A stretch of 37,654 bases of DNA from Minisyncoccota bacterium (GCA_021734685.1 JAIPIL010000002.1:1-37654), one strand, 5' to 3'. Shown: positions 1 to 9,563, counted from the stretch's first letter. The notes: generated from the letters alone by a model not told the origin. Program-made: numbers and translations.

Positions 1-78
1 TACGGAGGAAGCAACCTCTTATTCGTTTTCCTAGGACTAGGAATAATCCAATCTTTAAGAAGAGACATAAAAACTTGA
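1..78 (+). CDS. 3' end of an upstream ORF (hydrophobic C-terminus), partial
   Basis: Frame 1 is open from the window edge (YGGSNLLFVFLGLGIIQSLRRDIKT), then TGA at 76-78. Too short to identify. Confidence 0.25.
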   Translation, partial: YGGSNLLFVFLGLGIIQSLRRDIKT

Positions 79-102
79 CAAAAAAAATATAATAAGTAAA
101 AT
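75..102 (+). promoter_or_regulatory. Candidate sigma70-type promoter for rpoBC
   Basis: TTGACA 75-80, 16-nt spacer, TAAAAT 97-102. A perfect TATAAT at 88-93 is too close to this -35. Confidence 0.4.
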
Positions 103-177
103 TATGAGGTGTACTAACTGCACTTAATTTATATATTGTGAAAACTCTTATTTCCTTAAGGTAAAAGCAAATATTTT

Positions 178-204
178 AGGATGTGAACTACTCACATCCT
201 TTTC
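178..204 (+). promoter_or_regulatory. Hairpin plus T-run in the rpoB leader (possible attenuator)
   Basis: AGGATGTGA (178-186) / TCACATCCT (192-200), 9-bp stem with loop ACTAC, followed by TTTT. A weaker CCCC...GGGG plus T6 follows at 204-229. Confidence 0.35.
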
Positions 205-277
205 CCCTAAACAGCATCGGGGCTTTTTTGTTTTATAACTCAGGGGGTATTAATGCCTAAGGCCTTACAACTAAACT

Positions 278-3200
278 ATGCAAAAAATAAAACACTTCGG
301 GAAGAAAAAAGTTCATTTTCCTATTCCTTATCTTTTTAATGTTCAGAAAGAAGCGTGGGAAGATTTTTGGGAAGAAAAACTAAAGACAATTTTTAGAGAA
401 GTTTCTCCTATTCGTGATTATAGCGGAAAACAGTGGGAGATATATTTTTTAGACTATAAACTAGGAAAACCAAAATACAAGAACGGAAAAGAAGCGAAAG
501 AAAACAATGACACCTATGAAGCTCCTTTAAAGATAGAAGTAGAACTTCGTAATCTGAAAACAAAGAAAAGCAAAAAACAAGAGATATTTTTGTGTGATTT
601 TCCGTTAATGACCGAGAAGAAAACATTTATTATTAACGGTGTAGAAAGAGTCGCTATCTCTCAACTTATTCGCTCCCCAGGAGCATTTTTTACGGCACAA
701 AACATAAAAGGAGAAAAGTGTTTTGGAGCAAAGATAGTTCCAAGTCGTGGAACTTGGCTTGAATTTCAAACAGAACCATCAGGATTTATAGGAGTAAAGA
801 TAGATCGTAGAAGAAAAGTTCCCGCAACTACTCTTCTTAAAGCGATCGGACTTCCTAATATGACTTATCCAGGATGGGATAAAGCAACAAACGAAGATGT
901 TTTATCTTTGTTTAAAGATGTTGATAAAGGGGAAGTTAAATTTATAGAAAAAACGCTAGAAAAAGACAGTTCTAAAAACAGAGAAACAGCACTGGTTGAG
1001 ATCTATCGCAGAATGCGCCCAGGAGACATCGTTACTCCCGAAACAGCAAGAGAACTTGTTGAAAATACATTTTTTAACTTTGGAAGATACGACATCTCAG
1101 AAGTTGGAAGATGGAAGATGTGGCAACGCTTACCAGAGTTAAAAGAAAAACTACCTAAAGGAAAAGAAAACAAAAAAATAGGAGTTGATGATCGCCTTCT
1201 TTATCCTGAAGATATTGTTGCAGTTTTAAGAGAAGTGGTCAGAATGAATAACGACAATCAAACTCACGAAGATGAGATAGATCATCTTGGAAACCGAAGA
1301 GTGAGACCATTTACAGAGATGCTTGAAAGCTCTCTTCGCTTAGGTCTTGCTAGGATGGAAAGAAACATTAAAGACAGAATTTCAACATCTGATACAGCTG
1401 GATTAAACCCAGCAAAACTAATCAACTCTCGTCCTTTTGCAACAGCAGTGCAAAGATTTTTCTCCTCTTCCCAGATATCACAGTTTATGGATTGTAATAA
1501 TCCTCTTTCTGAATCAGAACACAAAAGAAGACTAACATCCACCGGACCAGGGGGATTAAAAAGAGAAAGAGCAGGATTGGAAGCTCGTGATGTGCAGGCA
1601 TCTCACTACGGAAGAATATGTCCAATTCAAACTCCAGAAGGTCCAAATGTGGGACTGGTTAGTCACTTTGCGTTATATTCCAGAATGAATCACTACGGAT
1701 TTCTTGAAACACCTTACTTTAAAGTTGAGAAAACAAGAGTGACCTCAGAAGTTGTTTATCTTAACGCTCACGAAGAAGAAAAATATATTATTGCTCACGG
1801 AGGAGTTGAACTTAACGATAGTAAAAAAATAATTTCTGACAAAGTTGAAGGAAGATTAAAAGGAAAACCAGGAATTTTCAATAAAGAAGAGATACAACTA
1901 ATTGATGTTTCTGCGGAGCAGTTGATTTCTGTTGCAGCTTCAATGATTCCTTTTCTTCAAAACGACGATGCAAACAGAGCGTTGATGGGATCTAATATGC
2001 AACGCCAAGCAGTCCCTCTTCTTAATCCCCAAGCACCACTTGTCTCAACAGGAACAGAAGAGAAGATTGCTACTGACTCAGGACATGTAATTGTCAACGA
2101 GAAAGAAGGAGAAGTTGTTGAGATTGATGGAAGACACATCGTTGTTAAAAGTGGAAAAGAAAAGAAAGAATACTTTTTGGAAACATACTCTGAAACAAAC
2201 CAATATACTTGTTTTCACCAAAGACCAGTTGTAAAGAAAGGGGAAAAAGTTAAAAAAGGACAGTTTTTAACAGACGGAGGAGCAGTTGAAAACGGAAGAG
2301 TTGCTCTCGGACAGAATGTTCTAGTTGCCTTTATGCCGTGGAGAGGAAAAAACTTTGAAGATGCTGTTATCCTTTCAGAAAGACTTGTTAAAGATGATGT
2401 TTACACTTCTCTTCATATTGAAAGTTTTACTTGTGATGTAAGAGAAACAAAACTTGGGCCAGAAATAACAACAGCAGATATTCCTAATGTTTCTGAAGTT
2501 AAACTGAAAGATCTTGACGAAGATGGAATTATAAGAGTTGGGGCTGAGATAGGTCCTAACGATATTTTAGTTGGAAAGATTTCTCCAAAAGGAAAATCAG
2601 AACTAACAACCGAAGAAAGACTTTTAAAGGCAATTTTTGGAGAAAAAGCAAAAGATGTTAAAGACACCTCGCTCACTGTTGAGCACGGAAAAAAAGGAAG
2701 AGTTATCGCAGTTAAAGTTTTCACCAGAGATGAAGGACACAAGCTTGATCCAGGAGTAATTAAAAGAGTTGAAGTGAAAGTTGCTCAGATGAGAAAGATT
2801 AAAGCAGGAGATAAGCTTGCTGGAAGACACGGAAACAAGGGGGTTATATCACAAATACTTCCTCGTGAAGAGATGCCTTTTCTTGAAGACGGAACACCAG
2901 TTGATATTGTTTTAAATCCACTTTCTGTTGTTTCAAGAATGAACCTCGGACAGATACTTGAAACACATCTTGGATTAGCAGCAAAGAAAAACAACTACAT
3001 CGCAGTAACCCCATCTTTTTCAGGAGCAAGTGTTCAAGACATTGAAGACGAACTTGAAAAATCAGGACTTCCAAGAGATGGAAAGATGACTGTTTATGAT
3101 GGACAAACAGGAAAACCGTTCAAAAGAAGTGTTACTGTTGGTTACATCTATATGCTTAAGTTAGAGCATATGGTAGAAGATAAACTTCATATGCGTTCAA

Positions 3201-3493
3201 TTGGTCCTTACTCACTAATCACCCAACAACCACTCGGAGGAAAAGCTCAGTTTGGAGGACAGAGATTTGGAGAGATGGAAGTGTGGGCGTTAGAAGGATA
3301 CGGAGCAGCATACACACTGCAAGAGATGCTTACTATAAAATCAGATGATGTTCCAGGAAGAGCAGCCGCTTACGAATCAATCCTAAAAGGAGAACCAATC
3401 CAAACCCCAGGACTCCCAGCCTCCTTTGAACTTCTAGTAGCAGAAATAAAAGCAATGGGAATAGGAATAGAAGTAAAAAAAGACAAAAAATAA
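278..3493 (+). CDS. rpoB: DNA-directed RNA polymerase subunit beta
   Basis: 1071-aa ORF. Rif-region motif FFSSSQISQFMDCNNPLSESEHKRRLTSTGPGGL; GNRRVR; C-terminal GGQRFGEMEVWALEGYGAAYTLQEMLTIKSDD. Confidence 0.98.
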   Translation: MQKIKHFGKKKVHFPIPYLFNVQKEAWEDFWEEKLKTIFREVSPIRDYSGKQWEIYFLDYKLGKPKYKNGKEAKENNDTYEAPLKIEVELRNLKTKKSKKQEIFLCDFPLMTEKKTFIINGVERVAISQLIRSPGAFFTAQNIKGEKCFGAKIVPSRGTWLEFQTEPSGFIGVKIDRRRKVPATTLLKAIGLPNMTYPGWDKATNEDVLSLFKDVDKGEVKFIEKTLEKDSSKNRETALVEIYRRMRPGDIVTPETARELVENTFFNFGRYDISEVGRWKMWQRLPELKEKLPKGKENKKIGVDDRLLYPEDIVAVLREVVRMNNDNQTHEDEIDHLGNRRVRPFTEMLESSLRLGLARMERNIKDRISTSDTAGLNPAKLINSRPFATAVQRFFSSSQISQFMDCNNPLSESEHKRRLTSTGPGGLKRERAGLEARDVQASHYGRICPIQTPEGPNVGLVSHFALYSRMNHYGFLETPYFKVEKTRVTSEVVYLNAHEEEKYIIAHGGVELNDSKKIISDKVEGRLKGKPGIFNKEEIQLIDVSAEQLISVAASMIPFLQNDDANRALMGSNMQRQAVPLLNPQAPLVSTGTEEKIATDSGHVIVNEKEGEVVEIDGRHIVVKSGKEKKEYFLETYSETNQYTCFHQRPVVKKGEKVKKGQFLTDGGAVENGRVALGQNVLVAFMPWRGKNFEDAVILSERLVKDDVYTSLHIESFTCDVRETKLGPEITTADIPNVSEVKLKDLDEDGIIRVGAEIGPNDILVGKISPKGKSELTTEERLLKAIFGEKAKDVKDTSLTVEHGKKGRVIAVKVFTRDEGHKLDPGVIKRVEVKVAQMRKIKAGDKLAGRHGNKGVISQILPREEMPFLEDGTPVDIVLNPLSVVSRMNLGQILETHLGLAAKKNNYIAVTPSFSGASVQDIEDELEKSGLPRDGKMTVYDGQTGKPFKRSVTVGYIYMLKLEHMVEDKLHMRSIGPYSLITQQPLGGKAQFGGQRFGEMEVWALEGYGAAYTLQEMLTIKSDDVPGRAAAYESILKGEPIQTPGLPASFELLVAEIKAMGIGIEVKKDKK

Positions 3494-3507
3494 AAAGACA
3501 ATAATCT

Positions 3508-3594
3508 GTCATTCCCGCGAAAGCGGGAATCCAGTTTTGAAAATTAAGAAATTGAAAATTCATTGAAAATTGAAAATTGCCAAATTGAAAATTT
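3508..3594 (+). repeat. Intergenic repeat mosaic: HP-A hairpin plus TTGAAAA-type array
   Basis: HP-A GTCATTCCCGCGAAAGCGGGAATCCAG at 3508-3534. Array TTTTGAAAATTAAGAAATTGAAAATTCATTGAAAATTGAAAATTGCCAAATTGAAAATTTT at 3535-3594, identical to 9796-9856. Confidence 0.9.
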
Positions 3595-3635
3595 TAGTCA
3601 GTGTTTTAAAATTCAAAATTAATAATTATTAAATT

Positions 3636-6600
3636 ATGCGTGTAGAAGATATTATCGCCATAAAAATAAAACTGGCATCTCCAGACGACATCTTGAAGTG
3701 GTCTTATGGAGAAGTTTTAGAGCCAGAAACAATTAACTACCGCAATCAGAAGCCAGAAAAAGATGGTCTTTTCTGCGAAAAGATATTTGGCCCTGAAAAA
3801 GATTACAAGTGTTACTGTGGAAAGTATCGCAAAGTTAGATTTAAAGGAACTGTTTGTGATCGTTGCGGAGTTGAAGTAACAAAAGCATCGGTCAGAAGAG
3901 AGAGAATGGGACACATTAAACTTGCCTGTCCTATTGCTCACATCTGGTTTTTGCGTGGAATTCCATCAAGAATGGGGCTTGTTTTGGATATTCCGATGAA
4001 AAGATTAGAAGAAGTGGTTTACTTTAGTTCTTACATAATCACTAAAGTTGATGAAGAAAGTAAAAAGAAAGCAGTTAAGGAAATAAACAAAGAGCACAAA
4101 AAGAGAACAAAAGAGATAAATGCTGAATTCAAAGGTGAGGCTCTTGAAGAAGAGTTAGGTAAACTGAAAGAACAGTTTGACAAAGTAAAAGAAGAACTGA
4201 AATCAATCAAGCTTTTACAGATTCATTCAGAAGCAGAGTATCACCGTCTTTCTATGAAGTATGGAGAGATGTTTGAAGCAAAGTCAGGAGCAGAGGCACT
4301 TCGTGAAGTGTTTGAAAAGATTGATGTAGATAGCATAATTGAAGAGCTGAAAAAAGAAAAAGAAAAAACCGCATCGGTTGGAAGAAGAAAAAAAGCAATC
4401 CAAAGACTGAAACTATTTATCAGAATGAAGAAGGCAGGAATTAAGCCCGAGTGGATGTTTGTTACCATTCTTCCCGTTCTTCCTCCTGAGCTAAGACCAA
4501 TAATTCAACTTGATGGGGGAAGGTACGCATCCTCCGATCTAAATGATCTCTACCGAAGAGTTATAAACAGAAACAACCGCTTAAAGTATCTTTTGGAGAT
4601 AGACGCTCCAGAAGTTATTGTTCGTAATGAAAAAAGAATGCTTCAAGAAGCAGTGGATGCTCTTCTTGATAATCAGATGAGAAAGGGGGTTGTCACTCAA
4701 GCATCAACCGGAGGAACTCGTCTCTTGAAGTCGTTAGCTGATATGTTGAAAGGAAAACAAGGAAGATTTCGTCAAAACCTCCTTGGAAAGAGAGTTGACT
4801 ACTCCGGCCGTTCAGTGATTGTAGTCGGACCTAACTTAGAACTGAATCAGTGTGGAATTCCAAAACAGATGGCTCTTGAGATATTTAAACCGTTTGTTAT
4901 ATCAAAAATATTAGAACAAAAACTTGCCTACAATGTCCGAGGAGCGGGAAGATTGATAGAAGAAGGAACCGACGAAGTGTGGGCGATACTTGAAGAAGTT
5001 GTGAAAGGAAAAACGGTTCTTCTGAATCGTGCTCCTACCCTTCACCGTCTTGGAATACAGGCGTTTAAGCCCGTGCTTGTTGAAGGATACGCTCTTAGAA
5101 TTCATCCGTTTGTTTGTGAGGCGTTTAACGCTGACTTTGATGGAGATCAGATGGCGGTTCACCTTCCTCTCTCTGACAGAGCTCAACAAGAAACAAAAGA
5201 ACTGATGCTCTCTTCAAAAAATTTACTAAAGCCAGCAACTGGGCGTCCGGTTGTTTCACCTTCCCAAGATATTGTTCTGGGTTGTTACTTCTTAACAATG
5301 GAAGAAGACGGAGTAAAAGGAGAAGGAAGCTACTTCTCATCTCCTTTTCAAATTGAGAGTGCTTTAGAGTTTGAAAAGATAGATCTTCACGCTAAAGTAA
5401 AAATAAGAATGGATGGAAAAGTGGTTGAAACAACTGCTGGAAGAGTTATCTTTAATAAAGAACTACCAGAAGGAGTACCTTATCAGAACAAAACAATGAA
5501 ATCTCGTGATCTGAAAGGATTAGTTGAGTTTATAATTAGAGAGTATAAAGACAAAGAGCCACACAAGCTTCTTGATAAAATAAAAGATCTTGGTTTTGAG
5601 TATGCAACAACATCTGGTATCTCTTGGGGAATGAGTGATATTGTTGTTCCAAAAGAAAAGAAAGGAATTTTAGAAAAAGCTCAACAAGAGAAAGAGCAAG
5701 TTGAAAAATACTTCAACAAAGGACTTTTCTCCGATGAAGAAAGAAAAGAAAAAGTAATTGAGATCTGGTCAAAAGCAAAAAAACAAGTTGAGGAAAGCAT
5801 TCCAGGTGCTCTTCCTATCGGAGGGTCAGTGTTTATAATCCTTGACTCAGGAGCAAGAGGATCTTGGTCTCAGCCAATCCAGATGTCTGGAATGAAAGGA
5901 TTGGTAGTTAATCCGTCAGGAGATATTATAGAACTTCCGATAAAAAGTTCTTATCACGAGGGATTTCATCCTCTTGAGTACTTTATTTCAACTCACGGAG
6001 CAAGAAAAGGAACTGCTGATACGGCACTTTGTACAGCGCAGGCGGGATACCTTACTCGTCGTCTTATTGATGTTGCTCACGAAGTTATTGTCACTGAAGA
6101 TGATTGTGGCGATACAGAAGGAATTGAAGTGCTTAGAAAAGATGCTGACGACATATATCAAAATATGTTCTTCAAAATTAGCGGAAGAACCGCCTTGGAA
6201 GATATAAAAATAAAAGGAAAAGTTGTTGTTAAGAAAGGAGAAGTTATTGATGCTGAGAAGGCAAAAATAATTGATGAGTCGGGAATTCCTTCTATTAAAA
6301 TAAGATCTGCTTTGAAGTGTAAAACAGTTCAAGGAATATGCTCTAAATGTTACGGATGGGATATGGGAACAAACGAGATGGCAGGAAAAGGTTTCGCCGC
6401 AGGAATTATTGGTGCTCAGGCAATCGGAGAACCGGGAACTCAGCTCACAATGAGAACCTTCCACACTGGAGGAGTTGCTGGCGGTGCTGACATAACCCTT
6501 GGACTTCCTCGTGTTCAAGAGATTTTTGAAAGAAGAGTGCCAAAAGGAAAAGCAGAAATTTCAGATGTTGACGGAAAAGTTGTTGATATAACCGAAAACA

Positions 6601-7202
6601 GAGTAATTAAAATAAAACCAAGTGACAAGAAAACAAAGAAGAAGACAATTAATTATCAGATAGAACCAAAGAAAGCAATTTTTGTTAATGTTGGTGACAC
6701 TGTGAAAAAAGGAGACTCTCTTTGTGAGGGAAACATTGATATTAACAAGTTATTTAAACTAAGAAAAGGAGAATATACTCAAAAATACCTGTTAAAAGAA
6801 CTTCAGAAAGCGTATGTTTCTCAAGGAGTTGATATTCACGACAAACATGTTGAAGTTATTATTAAGCAGATGCTTTCAAGGGTTAGTATAACTGACCCAG
6901 GAGACAGTTCTTTTGCCCTGAAAGAAACAGTAGAGAAGAGAGCATTTTTAGCAGTTGAAAAAGAAATAAAGAAGAAGAAAGGAAATCCTCCAAAAGCCGA
7001 AGAAGTGCTTTTAGGAATATCAAAGGTTGCACTTACAACCGACTCCTTCTTCTCCGCCGCATCATTCCAACAAACATCAAAAGTTCTTATTGATGCTTGC
7101 CTTGAAGGAAAGGTGGATAACCTAACCGGAATGAAAGAAAATGTAATCATCGGAAAACTAATCCCATCAGGATCAGCATTCCAAAAAACAACAAAGAAAT
7201 AA
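3636..7202 (+). CDS. rpoC: DNA-directed RNA polymerase subunit beta'
   Basis: 1188-aa ORF. Zn-finger CYCGKYRKVRFKGTVCDRCGVEV, catalytic NADFDGDQMAVHLP, trigger-loop region GEPGTQLTMRTFHTGG. Confidence 0.98.
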   Translation: MRVEDIIAIKIKLASPDDILKWSYGEVLEPETINYRNQKPEKDGLFCEKIFGPEKDYKCYCGKYRKVRFKGTVCDRCGVEVTKASVRRERMGHIKLACPIAHIWFLRGIPSRMGLVLDIPMKRLEEVVYFSSYIITKVDEESKKKAVKEINKEHKKRTKEINAEFKGEALEEELGKLKEQFDKVKEELKSIKLLQIHSEAEYHRLSMKYGEMFEAKSGAEALREVFEKIDVDSIIEELKKEKEKTASVGRRKKAIQRLKLFIRMKKAGIKPEWMFVTILPVLPPELRPIIQLDGGRYASSDLNDLYRRVINRNNRLKYLLEIDAPEVIVRNEKRMLQEAVDALLDNQMRKGVVTQASTGGTRLLKSLADMLKGKQGRFRQNLLGKRVDYSGRSVIVVGPNLELNQCGIPKQMALEIFKPFVISKILEQKLAYNVRGAGRLIEEGTDEVWAILEEVVKGKTVLLNRAPTLHRLGIQAFKPVLVEGYALRIHPFVCEAFNADFDGDQMAVHLPLSDRAQQETKELMLSSKNLLKPATGRPVVSPSQDIVLGCYFLTMEEDGVKGEGSYFSSPFQIESALEFEKIDLHAKVKIRMDGKVVETTAGRVIFNKELPEGVPYQNKTMKSRDLKGLVEFIIREYKDKEPHKLLDKIKDLGFEYATTSGISWGMSDIVVPKEKKGILEKAQQEKEQVEKYFNKGLFSDEERKEKVIEIWSKAKKQVEESIPGALPIGGSVFIILDSGARGSWSQPIQMSGMKGLVVNPSGDIIELPIKSSYHEGFHPLEYFISTHGARKGTADTALCTAQAGYLTRRLIDVAHEVIVTEDDCGDTEGIEVLRKDADDIYQNMFFKISGRTALEDIKIKGKVVVKKGEVIDAEKAKIIDESGIPSIKIRSALKCKTVQGICSKCYGWDMGTNEMAGKGFAAGIIGAQAIGEPGTQLTMRTFHTGGVAGGADITLGLPRVQEIFERRVPKGKAEISDVDGKVVDITENRVIKIKPSDKKTKKKTINYQIEPKKAIFVNVGDTVKKGDSLCEGNIDINKLFKLRKGEYTQKYLLKELQKAYVSQGVDIHDKHVEVIIKQMLSRVSITDPGDSSFALKETVEKRAFLAVEKEIKKKKGNPPKAEEVLLGISKVALTTDSFFSAASFQQTSKVLIDACLEGKVDNLTGMKENVIIGKLIPSGSAFQKTTKK

Positions 7203-7220
7203 GAAAACAAAAGAAAAAAA

Positions 7221-7251
7221 GCTGTTGACACCTGGTGTTAACAGCTTTTTT
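7221..7251. terminator. Bidirectional intrinsic terminator between rpoC(+) and tRNA-Gly(-)
   Basis: GCTGTTGACA (7221-7230) / TGTTAACAGC (7236-7245), 10-bp stem with one G-U and loop CCTGG. A-run upstream, T-run 7246-7251. Confidence 0.75.
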
Positions 7252-7259
7252 ATTAAGTG

Positions 7260-7331
7260 AGCGGGCGATGGGACTCGAACCCACTTCACGACCTTGGAAG
7301 GGTCGGGTAATAGCCATTATACGACGCCCGC
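7260..7331 (-). tRNA. tRNA-Gly (anticodon UCC)
   Basis: The reverse complement GCGGGCG TC GTAT AATGGCTA TTAC C CGACC CTTCCAA GGTCG TGAA GTGGG TTCGAGT CCCAT CGCCCGC T folds as a 72-nt cloverleaf. GG in the D-loop, TTCGA T-loop, discriminator U, CCA not encoded. Confidence 0.92.
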
Positions 7332-7383
7332 ACTTAAATAAAATACTACAAACATATTATAGCAAAAAATTTAAATAAGTAAA

Positions 7384-7644
7384 CGCTTCCAAAGGAAGCG
7401 CGCGAAACAACGCAAAACAAAAACGCAAAACAACGCAAAACTTCTTCCACCGTCATTGCGAGGAGTGAAACGACGTGGCAATCCCATCATCCTTGCAGAA
7501 ACCATGAGATTCTTCGCTCCGCTCAGAATGACGGCGGAGTGTCATTCCCACCACCCCTGTCATTCCCGCGAAAGCGGGAATCCAGTTTAGTGTAGTTTCG
7601 CGTCCCAGTTTCGCGTCGTTTCGCGCAAACCACAAAGTGGTTTG
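7384..7644 (+). repeat. Composite palindromic repeat mosaic
   Basis: Hairpin CGCTTCC-AAA-GGAAGCG 7384-7400; ACGCAAAACA-type array 7398-7441; PAL-B 7452-7532; half-site GTCATTCCC 7541-7549; HP-A 7559-7585; inverted (GTTTCGCG) array 7586-7626; hairpin CAAACCAC-AAA-GTGGTTTG 7626-7644. Confidence 0.9.
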
Positions 7645-7672
7645 TTGACATTATCCATAATAAATATAGAAT
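7645..7672 (+). promoter_or_regulatory. Candidate promoter of the receiver-holA unit
   Basis: TTGACA 7645-7650, 16-nt spacer, TAGAAT 7667-7672. TTATCCATAATAA(T)AAATATA occurs twice (7651-7668 and 7689-7709) and could be an operator. Confidence 0.4.
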
Positions 7673-7712
7673 AAAGTAATAGAAGTATTATCCATAATAA
7701 TAAATATATATT

Positions 7713-8087
7713 ATGTCAGAAAACCAAAAAAAAGTTCTCGTAATAGAGGATGAAGAGATAATAAGGGGAATTTTACAAAAGAAGATAGAAAATGAGGGGT
7801 ATCAAGTTGAGATTGCTGTTGATGGTGAAGATGGAATCTCAAAAATAAGAGAAGTTATGCCGGATATAATTATTCTTGATATTGTTATGCCTAAAATGGA
7901 CGGATTTGCAGTTCTTGAAGAGATGAAGAAAGACGAAAACATTGCCAGCATTCCAGTAATCATTGTTTCCAACTCTGGACAACCAGTAGAAATTGACAAG
8001 GTTAAAGAGTACGGAGTTAAAGACTGGATAGTGAAAACAGAGTTTGATCCTCAAGAAGTAATAAACAAAATAAAAGCACAACTATGA
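7713..8087 (+). CDS. Stand-alone response-regulator receiver (CheY-like) protein
   Basis: 124 aa. Acidic pocket VLVIEDEE, phospho-acceptor context IILDIVMPKMDG, conserved SN...K (VIIVSNSG...KDWIVK). Confidence 0.9.
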   Translation: MSENQKKVLVIEDEEIIRGILQKKIENEGYQVEIAVDGEDGISKIREVMPDIIILDIVMPKMDGFAVLEEMKKDENIASIPVIIVSNSGQPVEIDKVKEYGVKDWIVKTEFDPQEVINKIKAQL

Positions 8088-9016
8088 TCGTTTTTTTGTA
8101 CGGAAAAGACACTTACCGTTCATTTGAGAAACTACAAGAGATAATAACTCAACACAAAAATAAATACGGAAATAGTTTGAATATAGAGTTTTTTGACGAG
8201 AAGTCATCTCTTAAAGAGCTTCTTGACTGCAGTAAACAGTTTTCAATGTTTACAAGTAAGCGCCTCGTGATAATAAACGGGGGCTTTTCTGTTTGGAGCG
8301 AAAACAAAGAGTTTTCAAAAAGCATTGATAATTTAAAAGACTCAGATGATGTCTTTGTTTTCAGAGAAGAAGCGTTACTGAAATCAAAAATAAAAATTAT
8401 AGAAAACAAGAAAGAGAAAGGGAAAGTTATGCTTCAAGAATTTTCTATTCTTTCTAAAGAAAAATTATTCAACTGGACAAAAAATATATTCATAAAAAAC
8501 GGCACTGAAATTGACAATGATGCCGTTTCACACATAACAAAAATAGGAGGCGACAACCTCTGGAGAATTAAAAGTGAATCAGAAAAGCTTTCTCTTTACA
8601 AAAAAAAGATAACAAAAAAAGACGCTGAATTTTTAGTAAAAACAGACATAAGTGCAAATATATTTAACACAATAGATGCAATCGGTGAAAAAAATAAAGA
8701 AAAAGCCCTCTCTTTCATCTACGATCACTTAGCAAAAGAGGATCACCCTCTCTACATCTTCTCAATGATTGTTTTCCAGTTCAGAAACTTGATAACCGTA
8801 AAGGATCTGAAAGAAAGAAACACTGAGTACAACGAAGCAAAGAAAAAAAGCGGACTTCACCCCTTCGTCTTTCAAAAAAGCTACAACCAAGCAGAAAAGT
8901 TCACTTTCCAAGAACTAAAAGACCTATACAAAAAACTATTCAGACTAGACCTAAAATCAAAAACAGGCCAAATAGAACCAACAACAGCCCTCCACCTATT
9001 CATATTCGAGTGCTAA
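8084..9016 (+). CDS. holA: DNA polymerase III delta subunit
   Basis: 310 aa. The N-terminus MIVFLYGKDTYRSFEKLQEI is typical of compact HolA. ATGA overlap with the upstream stop. Confidence 0.7.
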   Translation: MIVFLYGKDTYRSFEKLQEIITQHKNKYGNSLNIEFFDEKSSLKELLDCSKQFSMFTSKRLVIINGGFSVWSENKEFSKSIDNLKDSDDVFVFREEALLKSKIKIIENKKEKGKVMLQEFSILSKEKLFNWTKNIFIKNGTEIDNDAVSHITKIGGDNLWRIKSESEKLSLYKKKITKKDAEFLVKTDISANIFNTIDAIGEKNKEKALSFIYDHLAKEDHPLYIFSMIVFQFRNLITVKDLKERNTEYNEAKKKSGLHPFVFQKSYNQAEKFTFQELKDLYKKLFRLDLKSKTGQIEPTTALHLFIFEC

Positions 9017-9022
9017 GCTACC

Positions 9023-9214
9023 GCGCGCGAAACAACGCAAAACAAAAACGCGAAACTACGCAAAACTAGATTCCCGCTTTCACGGGAATGACAAACCCAT
9101 GTCCAACCCGGGGTTGGACATCAGTGAAACTCCGTCATTGCGAGGAGCGAAGCGACGTGGCAATCCCATTATCCTTGCAGCATCCATGAGATTCTTCGCT
9201 TCGCTCAGAATGAC
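9023..9214 (+). repeat. Repeat mosaic with an inverted HP-A copy
   Basis: ACGCAAAACA-type array 9023-9066; inverted HP-A CTAGATTCCCGCTTTCACGGGAATGAC 9066-9092; hairpin ATGTCCAA-CCCGGGG-TTGGACAT 9099-9121; PAL-B 9134-9214. Confidence 0.9.
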
Positions 9215-9234
9215 GGTGCATTAAACAAAAAAAA

Positions 9235-9267
9235 ATGACACAGATCAGACCTGTGCCATTTTTTTTG
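9235..9267. terminator. Bidirectional intrinsic terminator between holA(+) and rpsT(-)
   Basis: ATGACACAG (9235-9243) / CTGTGCCAT (9251-9259), one mismatch. A9 upstream and T8 downstream. Confidence 0.7.
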
Positions 9268-9276
9268 TTTAGAGAG

Positions 9277-9540
9277 TTACTTTTTTGCGGTAATTGATTT
9301 TGTTATTCTTGCTTTTTTTCTTGAAGCGTTGTTTTCTTTTATTATATTTTTCTTAGCTGCTTTATCAATTGCTTTGTATGCTTTAGGAAGAAGTTTTTCA
9401 GCATCTTTCTTCTTGTTATTTGAAACAAGAGTATCTATCTCCTTGATAGTATCTTTCATCTTTCTCCTATAACGCAAATTCAAAACACGACGCTTCTCGC
9501 TTTGTTTTAGTCTTTTTTTAGATGATTTTATATTTGGCAT
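9277..9540 (-). CDS. rpsT: 30S ribosomal protein S20
   Basis: 87 aa, MPNIKSSKKRLKQSEKRRVLNLRYRRKMKD..., basic helical protein typical of bS20. Confidence 0.92.
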   Translation of the reverse strand: MPNIKSSKKRLKQSEKRRVLNLRYRRKMKDTIKEIDTLVSNNKKKDAEKLLPKAYKAIDKAAKKNIIKENNASRKKARITKSITAKK

Positions 9541-9563
9541 ATTTTTATTACTTTATGACATAT

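Noticed and set aside
1-277. An rplJ/rplL-type gene or L10 leader upstream of rpoB
   Set aside because: The partial upstream ORF is hydrophobic and is not L7/L12-like. Only a promoter-like element and a leader hairpin can be supported.
3508-3540. HP-A as an ordinary rho-independent terminator
   Set aside because: Some copies are followed by CCAGTTTT, but the T-run is 4 nt from the stem. Many copies are followed by CCAGAAA, CCAGTCA or CCAGTAA. Canonical terminators with adjacent T-runs exist separately (7221, 9235, 17829). A terminator role is not excluded but is not supported as the general explanation.
408-7231. Numerous antisense or out-of-frame ORFs inside rpoB/rpoC, and similar ones inside murE, elp3 (13768-14202), argS, ileS, the 537-aa gene, M16, perM, metG, pilB and pilC
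   Set aside because: Low-complexity shadow ORFs lying entirely within strongly supported conserved genes.
7453-7635. Repeat-derived ORFs with recurring peptides (WIPAFAGMT, MTLRRHSERSEESHGFCKDDGI, RLKNPIILAETMRFFASLRMT): 3333-3563(-), 7453-7635(-), 9522-9827, 9604-9801, 12829-13080, 14977-15252(-), 18277-18522, 22947-23405(-), 23280-23486, 24192-24392, 27884-28349(-) group, 31068-31466(-), 33336-33590(-), 33378-33572, 35199-35519, 36891-37268(-)
   Set aside because: These are translations of HP-A, PAL-B and array DNA on either strand. Copies differ by indels and by compensatory stem changes that preserve hairpins, not reading frames. They lack start contexts and overlap real genes.
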